This document shows, one piece after another, positions 18,557-27,706 of a stretch of 61,318 nucleotides of DNA. The stretch lies in IMG/VR virus record IMGVR_UViG_3300047510_001990, positions 1-61,318 of that record; one strand, written 5' to 3'. Both the position numbers and the translations under genes were made by a program. A model generated the notes under the pieces. It ran no database searches. It saw only the letters and a program-made list of their open reading frames with translations, and had not been told where the DNA came from. Within the stretch, counting starts at the first letter, position 1, and every line of letters begins with the position of its first letter. This DNA is from a virus (lineage: Duplodnaviria > Caudoviricetes).

Positions 18557-19564
18557 TTACAGGTTTCGGAAATACGCATCCATTTGGTCAGGTGTCATCG
18601 AGGCGAACTTTTCAGCCAATTGCAGGGCGGTCATGCTTTCTGCGGCTTCGCGTTCGTCCTGCGCTGCGTGCTGTCCAACCGGGAACTCAGAAAGCGAAGT
18701 CGGAACATTGGATCGACTGGCCTTCGCAGCAGCGTCGGCTTTCGCCTTTGCGGCCGCTTTTAAGTCCTCGGCACTTGGTGAAGCTGGCTTTGCGCCCGGT
18801 AGATCAATTGGCCCAAGTGCGGCCTCAACCATCTCGGTAACTTTGGCAAACCGCTCTGACAGGGGCTTTCCAGACCATGCCGGCTGCGTTCGAAGCGTGG
18901 CGTCAAACTGCTTTGCCAACTCGAAGGCTTCCGTGTTCGTAGCCTGGATGTGGGCCAGTTTGGGAACCGCGTCGATGGCGTCCTGCACCGTTTCCGATGC
19001 TGACCGCGCTTGTTCGGCTTCCGCGCTGCGCACACTGTCCTCAACCGGCTGCAATTTGGCTTCAAGCTGCGCGGCTTTTGCCATCGCGGCCTGAACCGCC
19101 TTATAGACGGTCGGGAAATCCTCTTTCAGTGCTTCCAAGTCATCCGAGGAAAGGTCGCTAACAGTCGGCTCTTGCGGTTCGGTGCGGGCGCTCTCACCAG
19201 TTTTCGCCCCTTGACTGGCTGCCTGTACCGCCGCTTCGAGCGTTGCTACCCGTTCTCGCATTTCGTTGGCCATTTGTTCGGCCCGTGATGCGCGGTCGCG
19301 TTCGCTTTTCAGCACCGAGTACGGAATGACGTGCTTTCCGTCCTTGGTAGCGATGCCTTGCGGCTCGCTTTCGGGTTCAGACTGCCCCTGCTCTGCCTTC
19401 TGCTTGTCCTGATCCTGCGGGTTTTCCTCTTTCTGCACTTCCTTTTCCGGCTCTGGCTCCGGCTCGGGTGCCTTTGGCTCCTCGCCTGCTTCAAGCTGTT
19501 CAAAGACTTTCATCAAGTCCTCGGGGTTTTCGGGAAGGTTGTTCAGATCAAGGTTCAATGCCAT
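18557..19564 (-). CDS. Capsid scaffolding protein, 335 aa
   Basis: Acidic Glu/Pro N-terminus, KDGKHVIPYSVL, coiled coil, directly upstream of MCP. Confidence 0.8.
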   Translation of the reverse strand: MALNLDLNNLPENPEDLMKVFEQLEAGEEPKAPEPEPEPEKEVQKEENPQDQDKQKAEQGQSEPESEPQGIATKDGKHVIPYSVLKSERDRASRAEQMANEMRERVATLEAAVQAASQGAKTGESARTEPQEPTVSDLSSDDLEALKEDFPTVYKAVQAAMAKAAQLEAKLQPVEDSVRSAEAEQARSASETVQDAIDAVPKLAHIQATNTEAFELAKQFDATLRTQPAWSGKPLSERFAKVTEMVEAALGPIDLPGAKPASPSAEDLKAAAKAKADAAAKASRSNVPTSLSEFPVGQHAAQDEREAAESMTALQLAEKFASMTPDQMDAYFRNL

Positions 19565-19660
19565 TAGACTTCACTCCACTTATCGCGTTGGTTGCGGAAA
19601 TCCTGTTCCGGTCGTGCCAATAACCCATGACGGGGAAAAAACGGCCTTACAGGTAGGCCG

Positions 19661-19687
19661 AATTTAGGGCATTAAGAGCAATTCGAC
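19661..19687 (-). promoter_or_regulatory. Putative late promoter GTCGAAT-N14-TAAATT for the scaffold/capsid operon
   Basis: ACAGTCGAAT-N12-CCTAAAYTCGG shared with 1783-1815. Confidence 0.75.
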
Positions 19688-19695
19688 TGTCTTGT

Positions 19696-19725
19696 AAAAA
19701 AGAAAAAACCCGCCAAAGCGGGTTT
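19696..19725 (-). terminator. Intrinsic terminator ending the portal/head-spike transcript
   Basis: AAACCCGC/GCGGGTTT stem with long T-run on minus strand. Confidence 0.8.
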
Positions 19726-19744
19726 CTGTTTGGATTATGTAGCG

Positions 19745-20116
19745 TCAGTTTTGCGGAAACCACGCCGGGTCATATGGCTCTACCGTGTAATCAACCACGC
19801 CATTCATCAACGCATCGTCAGGCTTTGGGAAAACCCAAGTGCCTTGTACCGTTGCCAGCGCCACGGCCCAGGCGGTTGTGTAACCCTGCTGAGAGTCTTT
19901 GACGCCCGTTTCTGCATTCACGCCAAAGATCGGAAAATGCCGCTGGTCTGCATCAACCTGCACCGCCTCATCAGGTGTGAGGTCATCCTTCGGCACCACC
20001 TGCCCGGTGGATACGTCTAGCAGGTCGGGCGAGTTAATGGCCTCAACCATGTTTGCATAAATCGCTTCGAGGGCGGTTTGTGCAGCGGCTTCAGTTGCAA
20101 AGACAAGGTAGTCCAT
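19745..20116 (-). CDS. Hypothetical head-fibre-associated protein, 123 aa
   Basis: Start MDYLVF just after upstream stop; TTAWA..WVFPKP. Confidence 0.65.
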   Translation of the reverse strand: MDYLVFATEAAAQTALEAIYANMVEAINSPDLLDVSTGQVVPKDDLTPDEAVQVDADQRHFPIFGVNAETGVKDSQQGYTTAWAVALATVQGTWVFPKPDDALMNGVVDYTVEPYDPAWFPQN

Positions 20117-20118
20117 GG

Positions 20119-20847
20119 TCACACCGTGGGCGGGGAGTTTTTGTATGGATGCCCGGACGGAAGAAGGCTTTCCAGTGCCCACTTCCACGCAAGATACCCC
20201 TCAAGCTTCTCAATTGAATCAGTATTGGGCGCATTGACCGCGATAACCTCAGCGATCTTTCCAAGCCATCCACGGTTAGTTGGGCTTGAATCCGACCCGA
20301 CGTACATTCCAGTTCTAAGCGTTTCTGGGTCGGTGCCGTTATACCCAAAAAACGGAGAGCTAATCGTTGGCAAGGCGACAGCACTTACTGTGGTGGATCC
20401 GTTCAAAAACTTGGTGTTGTTGTTATACCAAATTAAGCCAGTGTTGGATGTGAGCCAAACGCGCCCTGGATTAGTCACCGGAAAATAAGCAAACACGCCT
20501 CGGTAGTTATTAAACGGGTCGGATCCGTCGTAATCGGCAACAATAAAGATTTTATTGGCAGTAAAGGCAGTGCCAGACCAAACCAAGTGTTTGCTGTTAC
20601 TCGCAGTGCCCCACTCAAGCGAAGGTTTGCCGCTGATTCCCGATGTCACATACGTTGGCTGGTTTGCAGCGGTTCCTTGGGTCACGTTCCGTCCGTTTCC
20701 AGACTTATCCGCCCATGCGCTTACCGTCGATCCGTTTAGCGTGATGGTGGATGCGTCATTGGCGTCGAGCCACAACGCAGTTGGGATCTCTGCGGGGGTC
20801 CAAGGCTTTTTTGGACCTCCAAAAAGAATCGGGAACCCGGTAGCCAT
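20119..20847 (-). CDS. LamG/concanavalin-like virion (head fibre) protein, 242 aa
   Basis: LWLDANDASTITL..VSAWADKSGNG...QP, GKIAEVI, LEGYLAWKW. Confidence 0.7.
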   Translation of the reverse strand: MATGFPILFGGPKKPWTPAEIPTALWLDANDASTITLNGSTVSAWADKSGNGRNVTQGTAANQPTYVTSGISGKPSLEWGTASNSKHLVWSGTAFTANKIFIVADYDGSDPFNNYRGVFAYFPVTNPGRVWLTSNTGLIWYNNNTKFLNGSTTVSAVALPTISSPFFGYNGTDPETLRTGMYVGSDSSPTNRGWLGKIAEVIAVNAPNTDSIEKLEGYLAWKWALESLLPSGHPYKNSPPTV

Positions 20848-21704
20848 TACGTGCGATACCCTTCAATCACTACGTAAAATATTTCTTCACTGGCTGGCGT
20901 ATAAGCTGCCGTCACTTCGAGCAGTCCATATACCGTGGTGCCGCTGGTCGGGCTTACCGTTGCGCCGCTGCCCGTGGTTGGCACTCCGATACCCATTGCG
21001 CCATCCGAACCGCTCCAAAGCATTGTCACCGGAAAAGTACCGGCATGATTTAGGACGTTATTGGTAGCCAGCGCCCCCGCGTTGTTATAAACGCCGTTGT
21101 CGCCCACCGTTGGCGTTGGGCTGGCTTCAAACAGATGCAAACGGAAAGAGGCATTGGTTAGGCTTGTGTTAGATTTTTCAATCCGCACACGCTCGATTCG
21201 AACGCAGTCGCCGGCTGTCCTGACTGCGTTTGAAAATGACAGAGGCACAACCGAACCGGATGACGTGTTGTTTGCCACCAAATCGCCAGCGGCGTAAGCA
21301 GTGGTATTAGCGGGCCGCGTAAAGTTTGCAGAAATGCGCACTTCGCTGTTGTTGCTGATAACCGGCACATTGCCTTGATCTGAAGCCAGCACCACTGACA
21401 TGCTGTCAGTTCCGGCTTTTTGGCCTAAAGTCGCCGGGAGTTTTCCACTCATTCCTGACAAAGTGGATTCGGTCGAAGCGCCGGAAGGTAGCGGCAACGA
21501 TGCGGCAGACACAGCCACCGCAGTGGCGCGAAGCTGTGTGTCCGTGAGCGGGCCAGACACAGGAAGTGGGTTGGATGCGCTGGCATCAACCGCAGAGCCA
21601 TCGGCCCCCCAAGATACTTTTACGCGAGGATATTGGACGCCGGAAATATCGTCCGTCGCCATCACGGTTCCAGTGCCCTGCGTAACTTGAATGTTGTCAG
21701 CCAT
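20847..21704 (-). CDS. Putative head fibre shaft protein, 285 aa
   Basis: NPLPVSGPLTDTQLRA, RPANTTAYAAGD; located in spike cassette. Confidence 0.6.
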   Translation of the reverse strand: MADNIQVTQGTGTVMATDDISGVQYPRVKVSWGADGSAVDASASNPLPVSGPLTDTQLRATAVAVSAASLPLPSGASTESTLSGMSGKLPATLGQKAGTDSMSVVLASDQGNVPVISNNSEVRISANFTRPANTTAYAAGDLVANNTSSGSVVPLSFSNAVRTAGDCVRIERVRIEKSNTSLTNASFRLHLFEASPTPTVGDNGVYNNAGALATNNVLNHAGTFPVTMLWSGSDGAMGIGVPTTGSGATVSPTSGTTVYGLLEVTAAYTPASEEIFYVVIEGYRT

Positions 21705-21711
21705 AAATCAC

Positions 21712-21840
21712 CTATGCAGCGGGAGTGGTCAATCCAATTTGAAGCAACGTGTGAGACAGCGCCCCGACTACTGGAGGGGGAGGCGTCGGCCCGCCTGCGC
21801 GTTTGCGTCGCAATACACCCAATCCTAGTCCTAATCTCAT
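21712..21840 (-). CDS. 42-aa peptide MRLGLGLGVLRRKRAGG... resembling the N-terminal anchor of RcGTA head fibre Rcc01080
   Basis: Fills the gap exactly (ATG 21840, TAG 21712), directly after the spike-base gene; LGLGLG motif. Confidence 0.7.
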   Translation of the reverse strand: MRLGLGLGVLRRKRAGGPTPPPPVVGALSHTLLQIGLTTPAA

Positions 21841-21842
21841 AA

Positions 21843-22106
21843 TTAGAGTCCTATCAAATAGGTTGCAGTTGTATTGGTTTGGTTAATGCGTATTGCAACG
21901 ATCGGAAGAATCTCGCCTGGGCCGCAGTTTTTGAATGTCACGGTTGTTCCATCCTCTCGCACCGCTACTACATCACCCTCGCCACCGACACGAATAGAGC
22001 GAGTTTTAAATGGAAGATCGACTGAATCACTCGGCGTAATTGAGAAATAATCACGGCTCGGCGTAAGCAATCCGGCGTTGTCAGAAAATTGACGTGGAAA
22101 AGTCAT
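21843..22106 (-). CDS. Head spike base protein, RcGTA Rcc01079 family, 87 aa
   Basis: ITPSDSVDL...R..RVGG.G....GEILP...RI..T.TTAT matches the family pattern. Confidence 0.8.
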   Translation of the reverse strand: MTFPRQFSDNAGLLTPSRDYFSITPSDSVDLPFKTRSIRVGGEGDVVAVREDGTTVTFKNCGPGEILPIVAIRINQTNTTATYLIGL

Positions 22107-22115
22107 GTCAGCCTC

Positions 22116-24425
22116 TTAGCGTTGGGTTTCAAGGTTGTTTGATTTTGACATTGCCGCGCCGTTTGCTTTGATTTGTTCAGCCTGCACCTTCGATTCAGCG
22201 TTCATTGCGGCTTTTTGCAGCTCGGTTACATATTTGGCCTGAATTTCGGAATCGCGGTTTTGAAGTTCAAGGCGAAGCTGGTTGATCTGGTCGTAAAGCG
22301 GGCGAATCTGTTGCTCAAGGCCGCTTTGCAAGCGTATGGCCTCCGTTTCGGCTATCGCCTTTTCCGCGCGTGCCAGTTTTTCGCGCGTAGTGGCTTCCTG
22401 CTCGGCTTGGGCCATCTGCATTTGCATCTGCGCCACCTGTGCCTGCTGTTGCGCGGCCGCCTGTTGTTGCTCGGGGTCTTGAATACCAACGGCAGAGCGC
22501 AGACGGTCGGCCAGCTCGTGCCGCTTGGGCAGGTCGGTGGCCTCCACCACAAAATCAATGACAAAGCCTTGAAGCTGCTCCGGCAGGCTTTTGGTGATTT
22601 CGGTGAGCATTTGAAGCTGCTGCATTCGGTAGGTGGGCGTGCTCGGCACGTCGTCCAGCACCACCTTGGCCCGCACCCTGGAAACGTCATTGACGGTGAT
22701 AACGGCGCCGGTTTCTGGGTCTTGCGCCGGGGCGTTAAGCACAACCACCTTCTTCTGCTTGCCCTCGCCAATCGTCACCTTGACCGGGCCTTGGGTCATG
22801 CGTTGCTTGACCAGCTCGAACAGCATTTCGCCCACTAGCCGGCGAGAGTAGCGGAAGTTGTCATTGATCTCGGCCAGAGTGTTAAGCCCCTGCTCGACTA
22901 GCGAATTGATCGCCAGTCCTGAGGTCGCGCCCGACTGTTGGCCCTGCATTGACTTGTGAATGCCTGAGGCTTCGGAGATTTCCTGCTTGGCCTCCTGCAT
23001 CACTTGGAATTGCTGGGCGGCCAGATCGGCCCCAGGTTCCACGCGGAAGGTGCTGGTCGGTTTGCGGTTGGAGTTTAGGATGACGTAAGCATCCGGGCGC
23101 GCCACTTCCTGCATGGTGCGGCCGTGATCGATAACGGCATCCGAGTCGGCAATCACGCGCCGGCTGTTGAGACTCCACAGCATTTTCGACTTGCGTGCGT
23201 TGATTTCCTGTTGCGGGGAGATCATTGACCGAATCAGGCCATAGGGCACGTTGGTCAAATCCTCCCGGTGGCCAAAGAACGGCACATAGGGGAAATGCTT
23301 GTGCTTGTACGGGCTGGGCACTTCGTAGAGGAAATGCGGGCCGGTGTACCACGCGAGGCGCACCTTTTGAAACGTGGCCTGCCGCACGTTGGCGATGCCC
23401 GACACAATTGCCTCTTGGTGGCGCGGGTTGTCAAAATCGACTTCCATGGTCGTGCCGTTGGGCAACGTCATGATGTAACCCCGCACCCACTTGCGATACC
23501 AGATTTCGTACAGGCAAATCCGCATCCGTTGAATGTCGCGCCAATCCACGGCCGCGATACGGGTGTCGCGCTCGATTTCCCACGATTGCACGAGCCGGCT
23601 GTCCTGCTCCAACAACGGATCGAACCCGGCCCACCCGCCGGTGGTCATGCGGAACAGGCTGGCGTACTGCGGCATGAGCGCAATGGCGTGCTCCAGTTCG
23701 AGCCAGCGGCGGCGAATGAGGTACCGTGCGTCAGACAAGTCGGGTTGTTCTGCGCGCCAGTCCCAGAAGATTTCGCGGCGGTGAATGTATTGCACGCGCT
23801 CCGGGGGGCGGAACGGGTCATTCTCGCGTGCTACCTCTACCCACCCCAAGCCGGCTTTGCACTGAGCCGAATAGGCGTCCGAGACTGCGCGATCGGCGCG
23901 GCTCTCCACCTCGGCGTGTTTGAGCTTAAGCGAAAGAGCCTCGGCCATTTCGTCGCCGCACTGCTCGTCGTCCTCGGGCCGCACCCGCCAATCGCTGCGC
24001 GACTTGGCCTCAATGCCCAACACCGTGTCAATGGTGGGCTTAATGATGTTGGTGATAAGCGGGGGCTGGCCTCGGTCTTTCAGTGCTTCTACATCCTCGG
24101 GGGATAGCTGGTTGCCGTCGTAGAAGTCGGCTGCCCGGTCGGCTTCTCGGCGCCAATGGGGTTGATGCTTGATCTCCATGAGGAACATTTCGACCTGGGC
24201 GCGGGGGAGTGCGCTGTCTTTCAGGTCATCAGGCATACCTTTGTCGGTTGGCGCCTCGCCCATTACGACATTGCCGCGCGGCTTTTTGTCGGGTTGATAG
24301 GGCGAGGCCATGGTCGCACCGCCCATGTTTGCGCCGGGGTAGCCCTCGCTGTCGCGCTCAATGGCTTCGTTATTGAGTTGAATGTCGCCAATCATGGGCA
24401 TTTCGTCCGGGTTGCTATCCGCCAA
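22116..24425 (-). CDS. Portal protein (P22-like podoviral); start uncertain (24425, 24401 or later)
   Basis: FYDGNQL, RGQPPLITNIIKPTID, FPYVPF, YGLIRSMISPQQEINARKSK, C-terminal Q-rich coil. Confidence 0.9.
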   Translation of the reverse strand: MADSNPDEMPMIGDIQLNNEAIERDSEGYPGANMGGATMASPYQPDKKPRGNVVMGEAPTDKGMPDDLKDSALPRAQVEMFLMEIKHQPHWRREADRAADFYDGNQLSPEDVEALKDRGQPPLITNIIKPTIDTVLGIEAKSRSDWRVRPEDDEQCGDEMAEALSLKLKHAEVESRADRAVSDAYSAQCKAGLGWVEVARENDPFRPPERVQYIHRREIFWDWRAEQPDLSDARYLIRRRWLELEHAIALMPQYASLFRMTTGGWAGFDPLLEQDSRLVQSWEIERDTRIAAVDWRDIQRMRICLYEIWYRKWVRGYIMTLPNGTTMEVDFDNPRHQEAIVSGIANVRQATFQKVRLAWYTGPHFLYEVPSPYKHKHFPYVPFFGHREDLTNVPYGLIRSMISPQQEINARKSKMLWSLNSRRVIADSDAVIDHGRTMQEVARPDAYVILNSNRKPTSTFRVEPGADLAAQQFQVMQEAKQEISEASGIHKSMQGQQSGATSGLAINSLVEQGLNTLAEINDNFRYSRRLVGEMLFELVKQRMTQGPVKVTIGEGKQKKVVVLNAPAQDPETGAVITVNDVSRVRAKVVLDDVPSTPTYRMQQLQMLTEITKSLPEQLQGFVIDFVVEATDLPKRHELADRLRSAVGIQDPEQQQAAAQQQAQVAQMQMQMAQAEQEATTREKLARAEKAIAETEAIRLQSGLEQQIRPLYDQINQLRLELQNRDSEIQAKYVTELQKAAMNAESKVQAEQIKANGAAMSKSNNLETQR

Positions 24426-24429
24426 ACGT

Positions 24430-24456
24430 ATTGTGGCGCGGCGTTTGCTATTTGAC
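24430..24456 (-). promoter_or_regulatory. Putative late promoter GTCAAAT-N14-CACAAT upstream of portal
   Basis: Same motif and spacing, in the terL-portal gap. Confidence 0.65.
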
Positions 24457-24460
24457 TCGA

Positions 24461-25927
24461 CTAGCCTATGCGCCAGTTGTAGTCGCGCCTGGGGTCGGCC
24501 ATCATTTTTTGCGGGTCAGGTGGCACGCATGCATATCGGCGCATGACAAAGCCGTAACGCACCGCCGATATTAAGTCGTCTTGCTCTTTGACGATTTTGC
24601 CGTCCTTGCGGTGGTAAAGGCGGAATTCCTCGAAAAAGTCATTGAGGCCGGCGAACACTTTGAACTTGCCCGCCTGCATGTACTGAAACATGAGCATCAC
24701 CCCGGCCTCCACGCTGAAGCGGCTCACCTTGTAGCCATCCTCTGCGCCTGTTTCGGGCAGGCTGGCCTTCTCGAACAACATGTTGATGCCCTCTTGCCGG
24801 TAGAAGTCGGCAAGCTGGATTCCCGAGGATTTTTCGGTCTGCAATCCGTCGTGCGGCCATGCAACCGGCACCCACTCGCCGCGTGTTTTCATAATCGGGG
24901 CGATCTCGCGGGGCGTGCTCTGTCGAATTCGCACCGCGTCATACAGATACGTGGTGTCCGTGTCTCTGTCCCAAGCCAGCCACCCGCAGGCCGTGTAGTG
25001 GTCGATGCCAAAGTCGATGCCGCAGATAATCGGCCAGTGGTCGGGGATTGGGAACGGTTGCACCGTGATTTCAGATTCGGCAATCGGGAACACCCGGCCG
25101 CTTCCCAAGATCGGAACACCCATTGCCCGCGCCTCGCGCTCGTGGGCCGGATAGCTGGCGATAATCTTGTCGCGCTCCGCTTTGGAGTAGTGCGCCACAT
25201 CGTCAATCGTCATGTTGATGTCAGCGCGCTCCGGGGTCGGCGTCTGGATAAACATGCGCACCACGTCTGACATACCCAAAAGCGGTGTGAATGTAATCCA
25301 CACGATGCCTTTGGTCGCGTTGGTGCGGGTTAGTACCTCGGTGTAAATGTCGACCGGCGGTTCTTCGTCTAGGGCAGCAAAGTCGAGCGTTTCGCCCTGC
25401 AATTTTGAGCGGCCCTTTTCATAGGATTTGAAATACAGGCGAGAGACAAAGCCCGAGACATGGCGCACGAAAACGGCATCCACCGAGTCGGCAATGCCCT
25501 GGGCGCGTTTTATGTCGATGATGAGCTTCTCTGGGATGGTGCCAGTGCCCCATTCACCCGGCCGCCCGAGTACGAGCCGTTGAAGCGTGTCGCGGGTGGA
25601 TTCCATTGACTCGCCAAGCGCCCAGCCGGTGACACCACGCGCCCATCGCTTGCCCTGCCACCAATCGGGATACAGGCCGGTCAGGTGGTAGGCAATCTCG
25701 TAGGCACTGCTCCAGGTCTTGCCCAACTGGTTGCCCGCGCGAAACAGTCGTTCGCGGTGCGTTGATCCCCGGTTGTGGAAGTCAATTTGCTTGGGATATG
25801 GCTTGTACCTCGATAATTTGTCCCGATCCTGCCGACGCTTCAATTCTTGCAGGACTTTCAAGTAGGCCAACTTGGGAGGCAAGGTCTTGAGCGATTCGGG
25901 CAAGGTCTGCGTCGGTGAGATTTGCAT
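24461..25927 (-). CDS. terL: Terminase large subunit
   Basis: Walker A RAGNQLGKT, Walker B FAALDEEP, TFTP, nuclease GIDFG and DDLISAVRY; AAGGAGG SD before ATG 25927. Confidence 0.95.
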   Translation of the reverse strand: MQISPTQTLPESLKTLPPKLAYLKVLQELKRRQDRDKLSRYKPYPKQIDFHNRGSTHRERLFRAGNQLGKTWSSAYEIAYHLTGLYPDWWQGKRWARGVTGWALGESMESTRDTLQRLVLGRPGEWGTGTIPEKLIIDIKRAQGIADSVDAVFVRHVSGFVSRLYFKSYEKGRSKLQGETLDFAALDEEPPVDIYTEVLTRTNATKGIVWITFTPLLGMSDVVRMFIQTPTPERADINMTIDDVAHYSKAERDKIIASYPAHEREARAMGVPILGSGRVFPIAESEITVQPFPIPDHWPIICGIDFGIDHYTACGWLAWDRDTDTTYLYDAVRIRQSTPREIAPIMKTRGEWVPVAWPHDGLQTEKSSGIQLADFYRQEGINMLFEKASLPETGAEDGYKVSRFSVEAGVMLMFQYMQAGKFKVFAGLNDFFEEFRLYHRKDGKIVKEQDDLISAVRYGFVMRRYACVPPDPQKMMADPRRDYNWRIG

Positions 25928-26414
25928 ATTCGTCCTCCTTTTTCTCGGCGGGCTTGAATAGGCCCATGGTGTCGCCAAGCATTTTTAGGGCTTGATTCGC
26001 CCCGGAGGCGTCAAACCTGTATTGCCCCGTTTCACTGCCCTCCTTGTCGAGCACTGGTTCGGCCTGCATACATCTATCCACGACGGTCATGAGGCGTGAG
26101 ATTACCCACTCACGGTTGAGGCCCGTCTTGATAATGGCGTTTTCGGTGGCGATGCGCGTTAAATCTTTGATGCGCTCACATACCTTGATGTTTTCTTTTT
26201 CCCAATTCCGGCCGGTGCAATTGTGCAGGCCGACTGCAATGGACGCCTCTTGCATTGACATACCCATTGCCCTGGATCGGCAATAGGCTTCTTGGGCAAG
26301 TGTGAGTCCTTCGTCTGTCCGATTGGTGTCCCGCACATTAACGGGCTTACCTTTTTTCGAACCTCTAAGGTTTCCGCCCTTGTTAACTTTTTTCTTGGGT
26401 GTCGCGTCCGTCAT
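25782..26414 (-). CDS. terS: Terminase small subunit
   Basis: LTLAQEAYCR, WVISRL, FDASGANQALKMLG...GLF; upstream of terL. Confidence 0.85.
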   Translation of the reverse strand: MTDATPKKKVNKGGNLRGSKKGKPVNVRDTNRTDEGLTLAQEAYCRSRAMGMSMQEASIAVGLHNCTGRNWEKENIKVCERIKDLTRIATENAIIKTGLNREWVISRLMTVVDRCMQAEPVLDKEGSETGQYRFDASGANQALKMLGDTMGLFKPAEKKEDEYANLTDADLARIAQDLASQVGLLESPARIEASAGSGQIIEVQAISQAN

Positions 26415-26749
26415 TGGACAGCAATCGAAAACATTTTGAATATAGCCACGCCCAACAGACTCACAATACCAATTACCCCGGCGATAACCCACCCACGAAT
26501 GAGTTTAAGCGTAGGCAATTCGGCTTCGACTTCACGCATACGGCTGTTTAAGTCGGACATAGAGTTAAAAGCGCGTGCGAGAGACTCCTTGGTTTCAAGG
26601 TGCTTTTGTTCGAGTTGAGCCAATGTGACGAGATTTTCTGACACGGTTTTTAACGTGCTCTCGATCATGTTGAGTCTGTATTGTGTAAGCGTGTCGGTGC
26701 AATGTGACTCGCTAAAACTGTTTGTCGTCCCGCTTTGATTCGTAGTCAT
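26411..26749 (-). CDS. Coiled-coil protein with C-terminal TM helix (lysis cassette), 112 aa
   Basis: Heptad region then WVIAGVIGIVSLLGVAIF. Confidence 0.65.
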   Translation of the reverse strand: MTTNQSGTTNSFSESHCTDTLTQYRLNMIESTLKTVSENLVTLAQLEQKHLETKESLARAFNSMSDLNSRMREVEAELPTLKLIRGWVIAGVIGIVSLLGVAIFKMFSIAVQ

Positions 26750-26751
26750 AT

Positions 26752-27198
26752 TCAGGCTCGCAGTAATTGAGATTCGGCGGCCCGTCGTGCGACTAAGCCC
26801 GGTAGCACGCGGCCACCGCCGCGCACCCACTTATTGATTTGTTCGATTGCGCCTTGCCAGTCTTGAGCATTTACACAACGGCGCAATGTCGAGGTTTGCA
26901 ATCGACCTAGCCCGAGGTTATAGGCGAAATCGAGAATAGCGTTAAAGCGGGGCGTGTCGGCCGCCAGCGCGGGGCACAGCCGTATGACGCCCGGCGCGTA
27001 GGTGTGAAGCATCTCGCGCGTGAGCATGAACGAGGCTTGGGCCTCGGTGACGGGGGCATCGTCCAGGGTGACGCGCCTGCCGTCTGGGTAATACGTCGAG
27101 CCGTAGCCGATGGTGGCGACACCCGCAGGGCACAGGTAAGGGCGAGAGCGAAATCCCTCAAACCTTTTGCACAATGCCGTGGCGAGTGTCACATCCAC
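26752..27198 (-). CDS. Endolysin, GH24 phage lysozyme
   Basis: FEGFRSRPYLCPAGVATIGYG, FAYNLG, LPGLVARRAAE; probable GTG start. Confidence 0.93.
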   Translation of the reverse strand: MDVTLATALCKRFEGFRSRPYLCPAGVATIGYGSTYYPDGRRVTLDDAPVTEAQASFMLTREMLHTYAPGVIRLCPALAADTPRFNAILDFAYNLGLGRLQTSTLRRCVNAQDWQGAIEQINKWVRGGGRVLPGLVARRAAESQLLRA

Positions 27199-27199
27199 C

Positions 27200-27694
27200 T
27201 TACAAACCCCGCTTTGCAAGGGTGCGGTCTAGGAACCAGAAATTGATAGTGCCGCTCACTAGAGCCACGAAGTCGGCCGACATAATGAGCTTGAATGTCT
27301 CGTTGGGCGACAATCCGGCGTGCCATGCGTTGAACGTGAGCCAGACGTGGGCGAATGACCACACGGCCAGAATCCAATAGGTGATGACAGGTCGCACACT
27401 GGCCGAAAGCGCCGCCACCCATCCGCCTGCGGCTTTTGACATGTCGGCCTGGGAGTCTATCGCCGCTTTGAATGCGTCGAGCGAGGCCACATCCACGGCC
27501 ATATCGCGTTGCGCGCCGATCTCCGCGAGCTTTTGCGAGCCGCGTTGCGTCTCAAGGTCGCACTGCGCTTTGAACATCGACAGTTCGTGCGCGCGCTCGT
27601 TTTTGCGGTCGAGCCACTTCAACACTTCTGGCGCAAGACGAAAAAGGCCACCGAATATCGAGCCGAGCATTCCTGAACCGATAATTTCAAGCAT
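27200..27694 (-). CDS. Holin, GTA 3TM-like family, 164 aa
   Basis: WVAALSASVRPVITY...FWFLDR; directly upstream of endolysin. Confidence 0.75.
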   Translation of the reverse strand: MLEIIGSGMLGSIFGGLFRLAPEVLKWLDRKNERAHELSMFKAQCDLETQRGSQKLAEIGAQRDMAVDVASLDAFKAAIDSQADMSKAAGGWVAALSASVRPVITYWILAVWSFAHVWLTFNAWHAGLSPNETFKLIMSADFVALVSGTINFWFLDRTLAKRGL

Positions 27695-27706
27695 GGTGTC
27701 GTTTTG

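Noticed and set aside
21704-21714. Stop read-through fusing the LGLGLG peptide to the 285-aa protein
   Set aside because: The next ATG is 7 nt beyond the stop, out of frame
25930-25950. -1 frameshift at G-AAA-AAG fusing TerS and TerL
   Set aside because: terL is in the +1 frame and has its own strong SD
26679-26708. Seventh late promoter (GTCACAT...CACAAT)
   Set aside because: Mismatch in the box and 16-nt rather than 14-nt spacing
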